Assembly: GCA_035388245.1 (NCBI GenBank)
Contig: DAOOPL010000002.1
Coordinates: forward strand, 1 to 33,744
DNA from: Bacilli bacterium
Lineage (GTDB): Bacteria; Bacillota_I; Bacilli_A; RF39; UBA660
DNA: 33,744 nucleotides
Reading direction: 5' to 3'
Below the pieces are notes generated by a model, which ran no database searches, was not told the DNA's origin, and saw only the letters and a program-made list of their open reading frames with translations. Below, in pieces: positions 26,345 through 33,744 of the stretch; position 1 is the stretch's first letter, and every line of letters starts with the position of its first letter. Position numbers and translations under genes: made by a program.

Positions 26345-27157
26345 TCATAATAAAAAATATATTAATACTATTATACCAAGTACTATACGATACCAACCAA
26401 ATGCTTTGAAATCATTTTTCTTTATATATTTCATTAAATATTTAATTGTTATTAATGATATGGAAAATGCTACTAACATACCTGTTAGTAGAAGTATTAT
26501 TTCTGTAGATGAAAATATAAAACCAAATTTTAATATCTTTAATAAAGATGCTCCAAACATAATAGGAATAGCTAAAAAGAATGTATATTCTACTGCTACT
26601 ACTCTATCCATACCTAATAATAAACCTCCAAGTATTGTAGTACCACTTCTTGATGTACCAGGTATTAATGATAGTAATTGAAATAATCCTATACATATTG
26701 CTAACTTAGGAGTTATATCTTTAATAGATTTAGTAATGGATACTTTACCTTTACGATTATTTTCAATAATAATAAAAAATATACCATATATTATTAATGT
26801 CAGTGATACTACTACTGAATTATAAAAATGAGCATCAATATAATCATCAAATAATACTCCAATAATACCAGCAGGAACACACCCTATTAAAACTATTATC
26901 CAGAAATTAATTATTTCTTTTCTTTTTGCCTTATCTTTAATAAATGGATTTAATTTATTAAAAAATAAAAATACTACTGCAAGAATTGCTCCAAGCTGTA
27001 TTACAACTAAAAACATTTCTTTAAACTCTGAAGATACATTTAATTTAATAAATTCATTTACTAAAATCATATGTCCTGTTGAGGAAATAGGAAGCCACTC
27101 AGTTATTCCTTCAACTATTCCTAAAATAATTACTTTTAATATTTCTATAAAAATCAT
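26345..27157 (-). CDS. uppP: Undecaprenyl-diphosphate phosphatase (BacA/UppP)
   Basis: [16 protein letters not shown] and [10 protein letters not shown] are the canonical UppP motifs. Polytopic membrane protein. ATG at 27155-27157 after AGGTGAT. Confidence 0.9.
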   Translation of the reverse strand: MIFIEILKVIILGIVEGITEWLPISSTGHMILVNEFIKLNVSSEFKEMFLVVIQLGAILAVVFLFFNKLNPFIKDKAKRKEIINFWIIVLIGCVPAGIIGVLFDDYIDAHFYNSVVVSLTLIIYGIFFIIIENNRKGKVSITKSIKDITPKLAICIGLFQLLSLIPGTSRSGTTILGGLLLGMDRVVAVEYTFFLAIPIMFGASLLKILKFGFIFSSTEIILLLTGMLVAFSISLITIKYLMKYIKKNDFKAFGWYRIVLGIIVLIYFLL

Positions 27158-27256
27158 ATTATCACCTATTCCTATTATATTAATATATATACTATTATAG
27201 TTTAACATAATAAACCTTAATTTTTATAAGAAAAAAATTAATTTATTATCATATAA

Positions 27257-27745
27257 TCATAATAACATTTGCTTCTTTAAATATTTATTAAAGACTTTAC
27301 TAAATTCAATTATATTAATATTATTTATGTACGGAATATGTATTAATATTATCTTAATTTTTAAATTATTATCTGTTATATATTGCAATCCTTTATAATA
27401 AATATTATTACACAAATAATTACCTGCTTTATCTGATAATTTCACTTTATAATATTTCTTAAAATAGTTTAAAATTTTCTCATAATTATAATCTGTTTTT
27501 ATAATATCTCTAATATCTCTTGCATTTTCTTCTATATATATGCTTTTAATTAAGGGTTTTTGTCCAAAAGCATAAATAGTATTATAACTATTTAAATTAA
27601 TTTTTTCTATTAATTGAGTTTCACTTATTCTAAAATCGTTATCCAAATATAATTTATCAATACACTTGTTTTCTTTAATACTATCTAATAATACTTTTGA
27701 TGAGTTATTATCACCTTTAAATCCTAAAATTAATACTTTTTTCAT
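27257..27745 (-). CDS. Short pyroglutamyl-peptidase I (peptidase C15)-like protein
   Basis: MKKVLILGF, then YAFGQ...IYIEENA (Glu), AGNYLCNNIYY (Cys) and ILIHIPY (His) line up with the Pcp catalytic triad motifs. It is only 162 aa, compared with about 215 aa for typical Pcp. Confidence 0.5.
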   Translation of the reverse strand: MKKVLILGFKGDNNSSKVLLDSIKENKCIDKLYLDNDFRISETQLIEKINLNSYNTIYAFGQKPLIKSIYIEENARDIRDIIKTDYNYEKILNYFKKYYKVKLSDKAGNYLCNNIYYKGLQYITDNNLKIKIILIHIPYINNINIIEFSKVFNKYLKKQMLL

Positions 27746-27790
27746 TTATTACACTAACTTCCCCTTTTTAATTATATATCATTTTAATTG

Positions 27791-27822
27791 AAATAAAAAC
27801 CGTGTACTTTTATTTCCACAGT
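27791..27822 (-). terminator. Hairpin plus T-run following the displaced partial tRNA-Pro 3' end
   Basis: ACTGTG-12 nt-CACGGT (one G.U) followed by TTTTTATTT on the minus strand, starting about 14 nt after the 19-bp repeat copy. Confidence 0.4.
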
Positions 27823-27836
27823 TTTTCATTCATCAA

Positions 27837-27855
27837 TGGTCGGGAAAACAGGATT
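27837..27855 (-). repeat. Direct repeat copy 1: displaced 3' 19 nt of tRNA-Pro (att-like)
   Basis: TGGTCGGGAAAACAGGATT is identical to 29310-29328. Confidence 0.8.
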
Positions 27856-29056
27856 AAAAATCGTCATTTGTCAAAAAATTAAATAAATTAATATGTTTTA
27901 TTCCATTTTTGGACATATCTAATCGATCAAGACTAATGACAAATTTCTCATAGTTATCATTAATACTTTCATAAGCCCCGAATTCTCTTTCTATAGTTTC
28001 TTCATTAGTCAAATAATAACAAACTTGTATATATTTAAATTGTTTATTTTTTGTTGCAACAAAATCAACCTCTCCTTTTTTTGTTTTTCCAATGTAAACA
28101 TCATATCCTTTTGAAATCAATTCATTGTATACAATATTTTCCATACATAATGAATAATTAACCTCTTTATTATTCATTTTTAATTTTTTTATTCCCAAAT
28201 CAGAAGCATAATATTTATTAAGTGTTTTTAATACCGCTTTCCCACTAACATCATACCTATATACTTTATTGATAATAAAAGTAGAACACAAAGATTCTAT
28301 ATAATTATATAAAGTTTCAGTTCCAATTTCTCTATGCTCTGATTTCAAATAATTCATTATATTATTCGCAGAAAACTCTTTACCCTCTGTTTCTAATATA
28401 TATTGTAATATTAAATTAAATGCAGTTATATCTTTTATACCAATTCTTTCCACGACATCTTTTAATACTATAGAGTCATAAACATCAGAAATATAATTGG
28501 ATAGTGCTCTTTCGTCTTTAAACGAAAATCTTTGAGGCAAACCTCCCCATTCAAATATATCAAACAATAACTTCTCATAATTTTCTGGTTTTGTATCCGT
28601 AAATTCTATAGCTTCTTTGAAAGTTAAAGAATTAATTCTAAAACTTATATATCTGCCAGATAAATCAGTTGATAATTCTTTAAATGTCATCTTGCTATTT
28701 GATCCAGTTATAAATATACTATATTGGTTAGTTATTCTAAGAGAATTTATTGCTTTTTCAAAGTTATCAATTTTTTGAACTTCATCTAAAAATATATAAT
28801 ACTTTTTCTTATCCAGTGTAAGTTTTTTTATATAACTATCCAAATCTTTAGCATTTTTAATAAATTCAAATTCCAAAGATTCAAAATTTAAATATATAAT
28901 ATGCTTATCATCAATACCATTTTCTTTTATTTCATCAATTATTTGAGTCAAAATAACCGATTTCCCGCTTCTCCTTAATCCATATAATATTTTAATCAAA
29001 CTATATTCATCATAAAAATTTCTAATTTGTCTTAAATAAATTTCTCTCTTTAACAT
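27854..29056 (-). CDS. AAA+ ATPase of the COG1373 / DUF4143-containing type
   Basis: P-loop GLRRSGKS, Walker B-like YIFLDEVQ, and a C-terminal region GEVDFVATKNKQFKYIQVCY that resembles the nuclease-fold-like tail of this family. 400 aa. RBS AGGTGA. Confidence 0.75.
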   Translation of the reverse strand: MLKREIYLRQIRNFYDEYSLIKILYGLRRSGKSVILTQIIDEIKENGIDDKHIIYLNFESLEFEFIKNAKDLDSYIKKLTLDKKKYYIFLDEVQKIDNFEKAINSLRITNQYSIFITGSNSKMTFKELSTDLSGRYISFRINSLTFKEAIEFTDTKPENYEKLLFDIFEWGGLPQRFSFKDERALSNYISDVYDSIVLKDVVERIGIKDITAFNLILQYILETEGKEFSANNIMNYLKSEHREIGTETLYNYIESLCSTFIINKVYRYDVSGKAVLKTLNKYYASDLGIKKLKMNNKEVNYSLCMENIVYNELISKGYDVYIGKTKKGEVDFVATKNKQFKYIQVCYYLTNEETIEREFGAYESINDNYEKFVISLDRLDMSKNGIKHINLFNFLTNDDF

Positions 29057-29102
29057 AGTTTATCACCTCTGATACAAGTATAACAAAAAAATCACGTGAT
29101 GT

Positions 29103-29132
29103 AAAGTTATTTCGTTATATCGAAATAACTTT
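29103..29132. promoter_or_regulatory. Perfect 12-bp inverted repeat upstream of the ATPase gene (candidate operator or recombination site)
   Basis: AAAGTTATTTCG-TTATAT-CGAAATAACTTT, about 47 nt upstream of the ATG at 29056. Confidence 0.35.
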
Positions 29133-29270
29133 TGTTTTTGTGTATTTGTTTCGATTAGAAATTTAACCAAGATTTACTAAAAATTCAAATTCGAGTAATT
29201 TTTATACTTTCTATTTTACTTCTCAAAAATAGAAATTCCGGAGTCAAACTGGAGTCATTTATCTCTAGAC

Positions 29271-29297
29271 AAAATAAAAACCCTTGTAATACAAGAG
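29271..29297 (-). terminator. tRNA-Pro terminator (inside the inserted segment)
   Basis: CTCTTGT-ATT-ACAAGGG (one G.U) followed by TTTTTATTTT on the minus strand. Confidence 0.55.
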
Positions 29298-29309
29298 TTA
29301 ATAAACATC

Positions 29310-29386
29310 TGGTCGGGAAAACAGGATTTGAACCTGCAACCTCCTGGTCCCAAACCAGGCGCACTACCAAGTTGTGCTACTTCCCG
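29310..29386 (-). tRNA. tRNA-Pro (anticodon UGG), CCA encoded
   Basis: CGGGAAGTAGCACAACTTGGTAGTGCGCCTGGTTTGGGACCAGGAGGTTGCAGGTTCAAATCCTGTTTTCCCGACCA folds as a cloverleaf with anticodon loop TTTGGGA. Confidence 0.95.
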
Positions 29387-29446
29387 TAGAAATTGTACTT
29401 AAAAGTACAACGTAATTCTATCATAAAATATTTATTAAATCAATAA

Positions 29447-31039
29447 TTAGTTAATCTTTTTAAATAACTTGAATCCATATTTATTTAATAATTTATTTTC
29501 TATATATATTATTATTATAGATATTAATACTGTGATTATTATTGTAATATTAAAGTTAATAATGTCTATATATTGTGATATTATTCCTATTAAGATCACA
29601 TTAATAAATAGTGGTACTAGTATTGTAATCATTACACTTAAACTTTGTTTTACTACTACTGTATCATTTTGAGCATCCATTTTATGGAATTTAAGATTTA
29701 TTAATAAACCAAAATATGCAGTAATAATTGAAAATAGTATTGTAAGTAATATTAGTAATAAGACTTCTATAATTGTAATACCTAGAGTGAATTTAAATAT
29801 TATTATTGATATTATTGCTGCTGGTATTATTACTATTAAGTTTAATAGGATTTTAATATTAAATATTTTTTTTATTTCTATTGGCAATGATTTTATTATC
29901 CAAAAGTTTTGACCTTCTAGAGATATAGATACTGATGTTGTATTAGACATAAATGTAACCATTAGAATAAGTGCTAGTAGTAATTGAAAATTATTTACAT
30001 TTATATTTGACATTTCTAGAGTCTCCATTATTTTAGTTTTATCATAGAATATTGTAACAAGAGCAAGACCAAACATCATTATTACTCCAAAAGAAGTATT
30101 TAATAAATATATTGGTGATGAGAAGTATCTTTTTATTTCTTTTATTAATAATGCTTTACTTGGCTTTTCTATTTTTAATTTGGCCATTTTATAGTTAGAT
30201 TTAGTTTTATTTTCACTTAATTTAGAAATAATATTCTTATATTTAATACTCATAATATATGTAAATAGTGATATAAATAATATATTTATTGCTATAAATA
30301 TAAATAGTGACTTAATATTATTTTCTATAAATACTTCAATTATTAAATATACTGGATAAAAAGTATATTTAATTATATTTAATACTGTTTCTTTATCATT
30401 AATAAAATACATAAGTATTTTTTGACCATTATACATTCCATAATATATTCCAAATATAAATAGTAATGATAGTAGTACTTCTGCTATGTTTTTAAAATTA
30501 GATTTAGATGTTAGATATGCTACTAGATATCCAAATAGTGATGCTAGTGTAGTTGGTATAATAGTTACAAATAATAGAGTTAATATAGTATATAAATAGA
30601 AAGTAGTATCAACATGTACTCTTGATATATATATTATTGATGAAGGTATTAGTATAAATAAAGAAAGTAATAAATTAATACCCAATAATTTAATAATTTT
30701 AGATGATAATATTGTTATTTTTTTTATAGGCATAGATAGTAATAAGTTATTATCTTTTGATTCAAATAAACTTGCTTTAGCATTATATATTGTAAACATA
30801 AATGATACAAAATATATTAATAAAAATATCATAGGTATCATAAATATAGTCATATTATATTTAGCAAGATTATCCATTATTAATGCAGTATAAACACATA
30901 TAGATGTAGTTAATGATGCTAGTATATAAACTACTAGTAATATTATTGCTAGTTTTTTAAATAACTTATATTTTCTTATCTTATTTATTCCTAAATCATT
31001 AATAAAATTAATCTTTAATAATTCAAATAACTGTTTCAT
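29447..31039 (-). CDS. Polytopic ABC exporter permease (ABC-2-like, 530 aa)
   Basis: More than 10 predicted hydrophobic helices. The ATGA overlaps the stop of the upstream ATPase gene by 4 nt. Confidence 0.7.
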   Translation of the reverse strand: MKQLFELLKINFINDLGINKIRKYKLFKKLAIILLVVYILASLTTSICVYTALIMDNLAKYNMTIFMIPMIFLLIYFVSFMFTIYNAKASLFESKDNNLLLSMPIKKITILSSKIIKLLGINLLLSLFILIPSSIIYISRVHVDTTFYLYTILTLLFVTIIPTTLASLFGYLVAYLTSKSNFKNIAEVLLSLLFIFGIYYGMYNGQKILMYFINDKETVLNIIKYTFYPVYLIIEVFIENNIKSLFIFIAINILFISLFTYIMSIKYKNIISKLSENKTKSNYKMAKLKIEKPSKALLIKEIKRYFSSPIYLLNTSFGVIMMFGLALVTIFYDKTKIMETLEMSNINVNNFQLLLALILMVTFMSNTTSVSISLEGQNFWIIKSLPIEIKKIFNIKILLNLIVIIPAAIISIIIFKFTLGITIIEVLLLILLTILFSIITAYFGLLINLKFHKMDAQNDTVVVKQSLSVMITILVPLFINVILIGIISQYIDIINFNITIIITVLISIIIIYIENKLLNKYGFKLFKKIN

Positions 31040-31749
31040 ACTTTTTCTATCTCCAAGAATATAGATTCAAGACTTTTATCACCTTTTATCTCTGATACAG
31101 TACCTACTTTAACTAATTTACCATCTTTAATAATACCTACTTTATCACATAGTTTTTCTACTATTTCAAGCACATGAGAAGAAAAGAATATTGCTGATCC
31201 TTCTTTACATAAATCTTTCATAATATCTTTTAAATTATGTGATGCGATTGGATCTAAACCTACAAAAGGTTCATCAAGTACTAATAACTTTGGACTATGT
31301 ATTAATGCTGATATAATTATTAATTTTTGTTTCATACCATGAGAATAAGTAGATATTAAATCACCTAAATTAGGTAATATCTCAAATATATTAGCATACT
31401 TACTTATTAATTTTTCTCTTATCTCTTGTGATACTCCATATATATCTGCTATAAAATTTAAATAACCAATACCTGTTAATGATCCATATATATCTGGATT
31501 ATCAGGAATATAAGATATTACTTTTTTACACTCTATTTCATTATCCTTAATAGATAATCCGTTTACTAATATATCTCCTTCATTAAAATCTATTATTCCT
31601 ACTATTGATTTAATAGTAGTAGTTTTACCAGCTCCATTATGACCAATAAAACCAAATATTTCTCCTTTTTTAACTTCTAAACTTAAATTATCCACTGCCT
31701 TCTTCTTATTATTACCATATCTTTTTGAAAAATTAACTATCTTTAGCAT
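31036..31749 (-). CDS. ABC transporter ATP-binding protein
   Basis: Walker A GHNGAGKTT, signature YSHGMKQKL, Walker B LLVLDEPFVGLD, and the H-loop region SSHVL. Confidence 0.9.
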   Translation of the reverse strand: MLKIVNFSKRYGNNKKKAVDNLSLEVKKGEIFGFIGHNGAGKTTTIKSIVGIIDFNEGDILVNGLSIKDNEIECKKVISYIPDNPDIYGSLTGIGYLNFIADIYGVSQEIREKLISKYANIFEILPNLGDLISTYSHGMKQKLIIISALIHSPKLLVLDEPFVGLDPIASHNLKDIMKDLCKEGSAIFFSSHVLEIVEKLCDKVGIIKDGKLVKVGTVSEIKGDKSLESIFLEIEKV

Positions 31750-31816
31750 ATTACACTTCCTTCTAAATTATTATAACAAAAAAACACTTCTTTTTAAAGA
31801 AATGTTTATTTTATTT

Positions 31817-31893
31817 TGGCGCGCCCGATAGGAGTTGAACCCATAACCTCTTGATCCGTAGTCAAGCACTCTATCCAATTGAGCTACGGGCGC
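31817..31893 (-). tRNA. tRNA-Arg (anticodon ACG), CCA encoded
   Basis: GCGCCCGTAGCTCAATTGGATAGAGTGCTTGACTACGGATCAAGAGGTTATGGGTTCAACTCCTATCGGGCGCGCCA, with anticodon loop CTACGGA. Confidence 0.95.
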
Positions 31894-31939
31894 ATAACAT
31901 ATATTAAATATACGTTAATTATACCATAAATAATATTGT

Positions 31940-32302
31940 TTATCTACCACCATTTGCAACTATTGTGTCAATTTTTTTAGTTAATACTCTACCTGAATTA
32001 CATCTACGATAACCTGTAACTATCATGTCATTTCTTCCTTGATTTAATAATGCCTCTTTTTGTAATTCGTTTTGTCCCTTTGTTGCTAATTTATAACTGT
32101 TGCACCCAAGAATAACATATGTACCATCAGTTTCTTTTTTTACTTTAAATATAAATGGAAATTTTTTAAATGTTTCAATACTTACTTTTGTACCTTTAAG
32201 AACTTCTTGGATATATGGGCAAGTTATTGCACTTAAGTTATCACAAACATCTTCCCCACTACCACATAAATGATTAACAACATTATTATAATTATTTTTC
32301 AC
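31940..32302 (-). CDS. Hypothetical Cys-containing protein (about 120 aa) between tRNA genes
   Basis: ORF with five Cys (CGSGEDVC...TCPY...GCNSY...RRCNSG). I prefer the GTG at 32300-32302, 7 nt after GGGGGAAAG; the track ATG at 32326 lies upstream of that SD. Confidence 0.45.
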   Translation of the reverse strand: MKNNYNNVVNHLCGSGEDVCDNLSAITCPYIQEVLKGTKVSIETFKKFPFIFKVKKETDGTYVILGCNSYKLATKGQNELQKEALLNQGRNDMIVTGYRRCNSGRVLTKKIDTIVANGGR

Positions 32303-32396
32303 TTTCTTTCCCCCTTTCAAAAACATGTTGCATACTATAACATATTATTTTATCTTTGTAAAGTAAAAAAGAATATAATTATTCTTTTCTTTTAAA

Positions 32397-32472
<76 letters not shown>

Positions 32473-32476
32473 ATAA

Positions 32477-32552
32477 TGGCGGTTCCGACGGGACTTGAAC
32501 CCGCGATCTTCTGCGTGACAGGCAGACGTGTTAACCTCTACACTACAGAACC
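32477..32552 (-). tRNA. tRNA-Asp (anticodon GUC), CCA encoded
   Basis: GGTTCTGTAGTGTAGAGGTTAACACGTCTGCCTGTCACGCAGAAGATCGCGGGTTCAAGTCCCGTCGGAACCGCCA, with anticodon loop CTGTCAC. It lies 4 nt upstream of tRNA-Phe. Confidence 0.95.
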
Positions 32553-32625
32553 GAATTGACTACTTAAGTATACAAGATATTTGTTATTATTGTCAAGCAT
32601 TAAAAAAGATATATTTCTATATCTA

Positions 32626-33669
32626 TTATTCAAATGTAGTCTTTTTTGTAATTGGCTGTATTTGTACAAATGTATTACCATCATTAACTGTAATTTCTTT
32701 ACCTGTACTATCTTTATATACTGTCTGAGCAGATCTAGATGTCTTTTCATAAGTAATTGGTATTGCATATCCATTTGTAATATAGTAACCAGTACCAGTA
32801 CCAATATTTGCATAATCTTGGACTTTTCCTCCACCATTTGCAAGTGGAAAATTACGAACATTAATTACTATAATATTTTTTACAGTTACTTGTTTATTAT
32901 AATTTCTATCTTTATACGCTTTATTACTTACAAATCTATAATATACCTTTTCAGCCGTATTATATTCATAACTTGGAGTATAAATATTATAAGGAACTCT
33001 TACTTTATTAGCTACGATCTTATCAGAATAATTTGCAAGAGATACTTCATCAACAGAATAATTTAGTACTGGATCATAACCAGTATCTATATCATATTTT
33101 TTTGCTGCTCTTTCTAATATTCTAGCACTACTAGTAAATGCATTATGTGGTGCTTTAGTTAGAGAAGAATCTCTCCAAAATATTGAATTATCACTTCCAG
33201 TACCACTTAAGTTATTTATACTTAATGCTCTTAAATCTACTAATGCTCTATCTGAAAATCCATAATGAACATATATTGCATTATTTTCTAAAGCATAATC
33301 TAAATAATTATGTCTTGCACTTCTTACAGGCCCTATCTTAGTAACATTTACATCTTTAAATACTGCAAATAATCTAGTTAATCCACCTTCTACTGTCATT
33401 TCATATATCATGAATGCATCTTGTACTCCTGCTTGAGGAAATGCAGCTGGAACATTATCAATCATAACACCAAAAGGTCTTGCATCTGACTCTTCATCAT
33501 ATATTTGTAATGGTGTTTTTGTTGTAGTAGTTGTTGTTGTAGTTTTCTTAATTTTATTTAAAACACCACCATCAGTAGATAACTCAAAATATAATAGCAC
33601 TGCTATTGATATTACTATTAATATTGAAAGTATTATTATTACTATTTTTAATTTCTTTAATTTATCCAT
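32626..33669 (-). CDS. DUF3048-family secreted/membrane-anchored protein (YerB-like)
   Basis: N-terminal TM/signal anchor, a Thr-rich linker (KKTTTTTTTTKT), then RPFGVMIDNVPAAFPQAGVQDAFMIYEMTVEGGLTRLFAVF...GPVRSARHNY, typical of DUF3048. The ATG at 33667-33669 has better SD spacing than the track start at 33678. Confidence 0.7.
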   Translation of the reverse strand: MDKLKKLKIVIIILSILIVISIAVLLYFELSTDGGVLNKIKKTTTTTTTTKTPLQIYDEESDARPFGVMIDNVPAAFPQAGVQDAFMIYEMTVEGGLTRLFAVFKDVNVTKIGPVRSARHNYLDYALENNAIYVHYGFSDRALVDLRALSINNLSGTGSDNSIFWRDSSLTKAPHNAFTSSARILERAAKKYDIDTGYDPVLNYSVDEVSLANYSDKIVANKVRVPYNIYTPSYEYNTAEKVYYRFVSNKAYKDRNYNKQVTVKNIIVINVRNFPLANGGGKVQDYANIGTGTGYYITNGYAIPITYEKTSRSAQTVYKDSTGKEITVNDGNTFVQIQPITKKTTFE

Positions 33670-33744
33670 ATTTACCATCCTTTACCATATAAGTATACTA
33701 TTATTATTGCTATTTTTCAATATTATTTTTATTAATAATACTTT

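Larger units (their letters stand above)
27837..29328 (-). mobile_element. Putative integrated mini-element or island remnant at tRNA-Pro (no integrase)
   Basis: 19-bp direct repeats made of the tRNA 3' end, a single cargo gene, and a 250-bp arm rich in inverted repeats next to the tRNA. Confidence 0.5.

Noticed and set aside
29185-29370. 61-aa minus-strand ORF.
   Set aside because: Its 5' part is simply the tRNA-Pro gene read as protein, and the rest is the non-coding arm of the insertion.
29447-31749. The ABC ATPase and 530-aa permease pair flanked by tRNA-Arg and tRNA-Pro, considered as a possible bacteriocin or immunity island.
   Set aside because: There is no adjacent precursor peptide, sensor kinase, regulator or att-like repeat. 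This is an ordinary two-gene ABC-2-type exporter layout, so nothing in the sequence supports more than a generic exporter call.
32528-33066. Three overlapping track ORFs (32528-32728 +, 32538-32861 -, 32581-33066 +).
   Set aside because: They overlap tRNA-Asp and/or the DUF3048 gene in other frames. The DUF3048 frame carries recognisable family motifs, and these ORFs carry none.

Overview
Very AT-rich bacterial chromosome segment, about a quarter G+C by eye, so the tRNA genes stand out as GC-rich islands. It reads under the standard bacterial code: every long housekeeping ORF is intact with TGA as stop, and Trp is TGG where I checked. It looks like a small-genome, low-GC Bacillota or Mollicutes-related lineage, which is inference only. 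Most genes are on the minus strand. The core content is sufC-sufD, a HIT hydrolase, a PrsA-like foldase, recX, rpoZ, the SRP genes ftsY-ylxM-ffh, RNase J, pnp, rpsO, truB, rbfA, infB, ylxR, nusA and a truncated rimP. It also includes a CPBP protease, a metallophosphoesterase, cdd, uppP, an ABC exporter pair, a DUF3048 protein and five tRNA genes (Ala, Pro, Arg, Phe, Asp). No rRNA, CRISPR array, transposase or integrase was found. Observations worth a second look: (1) a 1.47-kb integrase-less insertion at tRNA-Pro, bounded by a 19-bp duplication of the tRNA 3' end and carrying only a DUF4143-type AAA ATPase; (2) a tightly coupled operon of a B12-binding radical SAM enzyme, a divergent SGNH-like protein and a TtcA-like PP-loop enzyme, which runs into tRNA-Ala and lies next to cdd; (3) a tail-anchored GNAT-like/Hanks-kinase fusion inserted between rbfA and truB; (4) a Bro-N/DinD-like pseudogene next to tRNA-Ala, broken by a poly-A frameshift and an in-frame TGA; (5) an N-domain-only RimP; (6) several small uncharacterised ORFs and a recurring terminator-plus-extended -10 intergenic cassette. 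Function calls come from motif recognition by eye and from synteny. No database search was run.
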